From Candidatus Marinacidobacterium sp. (GTDB lineage Bacteria > Acidobacteriota > Vicinamibacteria > Marinacidobacterales > Marinacidobacteraceae), in assembly GCA_965204755.1 (NCBI GenBank), contig OZ242011.1, positions 1,120,001 through 1,184,000 on the forward strand: 64,000 nucleotides of DNA, in the 5' to 3' direction. Numbering within the stretch: the first letter of the stretch is position 1; every line of letters starts with the position of its first letter. The position numbers and the translations under genes are program-made. Positions 61,844 through 64,000 of this stretch are shown here, piece by piece. The notes under the pieces were generated by a model. The model saw only the letters and a program-made list of their open reading frames with translations. It was not told the DNA's origin and ran no database searches.

Positions 61844-62314
61844 TCAGTCCCCCTCGATGCGGTCGTAGGTGGCGCGGTTCACCCGCGTGATCTTCCCGTC
61901 CTCGTCGAACCGGACGTACTCGTTGTCGATCCGGTGGCCGTTCTCGGAGAGGGTGTTGATGATGACCTGGTACACATGGCCGCCGCGGCGGTTCAGGATC
62001 CGGGTGGTGCGCTCGTTCACGATCTCCACCGCGGTGTCCGAGTCCTCGAGGCCGGTGACCGGCCGGAAGACCCCGTCGAACTCGGTCACATAACTCCACT
62101 CCGAGTCCACGCCTTCGGCGTTCGTGGAGGCGACCGTGATGCTCATCCCGCTCTCGCCGTGCGGTGCGTAGGTCATGATGTTGATCTGCGGCGGCGGCGC
62201 GTCGGAGCGGAGCCGCCAGACGCCGAAGCGGGGGTTCTCGTTTTCGTTCGCGGCCGCGGAGCAGCCGACGAAGGCGGCGAGGGCGACGCAGAGGAGAACG
62301 CGTGGAATGCGCAC
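61844..62314 (-). CDS. Hypothetical lipoprotein (beta-barrel-like)
   Basis: Lipobox AFVGC; FGVWRL motif; RBS GGAGG. Confidence 0.75.
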   Translation of the reverse strand: MRIPRVLLCVALAAFVGCSAAANENENPRFGVWRLRSDAPPPQINIMTYAPHGESGMSITVASTNAEGVDSEWSYVTEFDGVFRPVTGLEDSDTAVEIVNERTTRILNRRGGHVYQVIINTLSENGHRIDNEYVRFDEDGKITRVNRATYDRIEGD

Positions 62315-62460
62315 GGGCGGGGACCTCCTGGGGAACTGCCGGAACCGGCGGATTCTGCCAGAGCGCCGCGCCGCCCGCCAGTGAGGGGCGGGAGGCCGGG
62401 CGCCCCCGGCGGCGCGGCGGGGCCGCTTCGGGGGCCGCTTCGGGAGACAATGACCGGGAG

Positions 62461-63732
62461 ATGACCACCACCCGCTCGACCTCCCTGTCCCCGCCGGCCG
62501 GAGCGCTCCGCCGGCTCGGCGTCCCCGCCGCGCTCGGAGCGGCGCTGCTGCCGGGCTCGGCCCTCGGCGCCGCCGAAGACTGGCCGCAGTGGCGGGGGCC
62601 CTCGCGTACCGGGGTCGCCGAGAACTTCACGGCGCCCGAGCCGCTCCCCGAGACGCTGACCGAGCGCTACCGCGTGCCGGTGGGCCTCGGGTACGCCACG
62701 CCGGTCGTGGTGGGCGGCCGCGTCTTCCAGTACGCCCGGCAGGACGGGGACGAGGTGGTGCTCGCCCTGGACGCCGAGACCGGGGAGGAGCAATGGAAGG
62801 CCGGATGGTCGGCGCCGTTCGAGATGCATCCCGCCGCCAGGAGCCATGGGCCGGGGCCGAAGTCCACGCCGACCTACGCGGACGGGCGCCTCTTCGCCCA
62901 CGGGATGGACGGCGCGCTCACCGCGCTCGACGCGGAGACCGGCGAGCGTTTGTGGCGTTTCCCGGGAACCGGGAAGACCCCGCTCTACCACACGGCGATG
63001 TCGCCGCTCGTCCTCGGCGACCGGGTGATCCTCCATGTCGGGGGCCACGACGAAGGCGCGCTCACCGCCTTCGACGCAGCGACCGGCGAGCCGCACTGGA
63101 GGGCGGAGGGCGACGGCCCGGCGTACGGCTCGCCGATGCTGTTCGAACTGGACGGCGCGCCGCAAGTCGTCGTCTTCACCCAGGATCACCTGCTCGGCGT
63201 GGATCCGGAGAACGGCAGGACACTCTGGCGCCGCCCCTTCACCACGCCGTCCGACACCACTTCGCAGACGCCTCTCGTCCACCGGGGCAGCGTCATCCAG
63301 AACGGCCGGGGCCACGGCGTAACCTCGTTCCGCGCCGCGCGGACGGACGGCGAGTGGGACACCGCCGACGAATGGAGCGTGGCCCAGGTGTCGCTCCACA
63401 TGGCGAACCCGGTGGCCTACGGGGCGGTGATGTTCGGGCTCTCCCACCGGAACAGCGGCCAGTACTTCGCGCTCGACCTGGACTCGGGAAGCGTCCGGTG
63501 GACGAGCGCCCCCCGCCAGGCGGAGCACGCCTCGCTCGTTCTCGCCGGCGACCTCTGGTTCTCCCTTGAAGACGACGGCGAACTCCTCGTGCTGGACGCC
63601 CGCGCCGAGGAGTTCCGCCCCCTCCGCCGCTACCCGGTCGCGGACACGGCGACTTGGGGCGCGCCGGCGCTCTCCGGCAACCGCATCTTCGTCAAGGACG
63701 AAAACCACCTCACCCTCTGGGTGATGGAGTAG
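62461..63732 (+). CDS. PQQ-binding-like beta-propeller (BamB-like) protein
   Basis: DWPQWRGP, repeated ALDAETGE..W blades, GPKSTP. Confidence 0.9.
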   Translation: MTTTRSTSLSPPAGALRRLGVPAALGAALLPGSALGAAEDWPQWRGPSRTGVAENFTAPEPLPETLTERYRVPVGLGYATPVVVGGRVFQYARQDGDEVVLALDAETGEEQWKAGWSAPFEMHPAARSHGPGPKSTPTYADGRLFAHGMDGALTALDAETGERLWRFPGTGKTPLYHTAMSPLVLGDRVILHVGGHDEGALTAFDAATGEPHWRAEGDGPAYGSPMLFELDGAPQVVVFTQDHLLGVDPENGRTLWRRPFTTPSDTTSQTPLVHRGSVIQNGRGHGVTSFRAARTDGEWDTADEWSVAQVSLHMANPVAYGAVMFGLSHRNSGQYFALDLDSGSVRWTSAPRQAEHASLVLAGDLWFSLEDDGELLVLDARAEEFRPLRRYPVADTATWGAPALSGNRIFVKDENHLTLWVME

Positions 63733-63764
63733 CGCCTCCGGTCGATGGCCGCGGGAAGCCCGTC

Positions 63765-64000
63765 CTACTCGTCCGGAATCGGCCGGGCGCCGCTTCGCCG
63801 CCTCGGCCGCCGAGTCATGCGGTGAAAACCGATGAGATACAGGCGTCCGGCGGAAGTCTGCGCGACCACGGCGCGATACCGGCGGCCGTGGAACTCTCCG
63901 GTGATGACCAGCCTCCGGCGGTCGGGAGTCGCCTCCACCTCGCCGTGCTCGATGAGGTCCGGGAGGAGGCGGTACTCGTCGGTCGTGAGTTCCGGGTGCC
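63765..64000 (-). CDS. C-terminal fragment of a protein with a possible BECR-fold (PBECR-like) RNase domain
   Basis: Manual translation HPELTTDEYRLLPDLIEHGEV...RYRAVVAQTSAGRLYLIGFHRM...*; truncated by the window end. Confidence 0.45.
   Translation of the reverse strand, partial: HPELTTDEYRLLPDLIEHGEVEATPDRRRLVITGEFHGRRYRAVVAQTSAGRLYLIGFHRMTRRPRRRSGARPIPDE

Noticed and set aside
51802-62464. Long antisense ORFs (e.g. 51802..54945, 57105..59363, 59429..62464)
   Set aside because: Mirror frames of well-supported genes, expected from strong GC3 bias; no recognisable motifs.

Overview
Very GC-rich bacterial chromosomal window. An Acidobacteriota-like host is only an inference from gene content. 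Housekeeping blocks (hisS, rho, rplU-rpmA-obgE-nadD-rsfS-lapB-comF, a type IIA topoisomerase pair, RND efflux, tmk-holB, merR-der-HU, three tRNAs) flank a ~16 kb defence-type island (28.4-44.3 kb) that ends just downstream of tRNA-Val. The standout is inside the island's Type I restriction-modification operon. A DUF3800-type RNase H-fold gene is translationally coupled to hsdS and followed by three tandem copies of a ~110 nt structured non-coding element (36.0-36.7 kb). The copies show structure-preserving substitutions, and two have their own sigma70 promoter firing antisense to the operon, suggesting a nuclease + ncRNA-array module. Other notable observations are an unannotated UGA-recoded ArsC-like selenoprotein, strong window-wide depletion of AGCT and ACGT, an active/dead matrixin protease pair with a divergent TIMP-like partner, and an HsdS with two near-duplicate target-recognition domains. 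All family assignments come from recognising motifs by eye; no searches were run.
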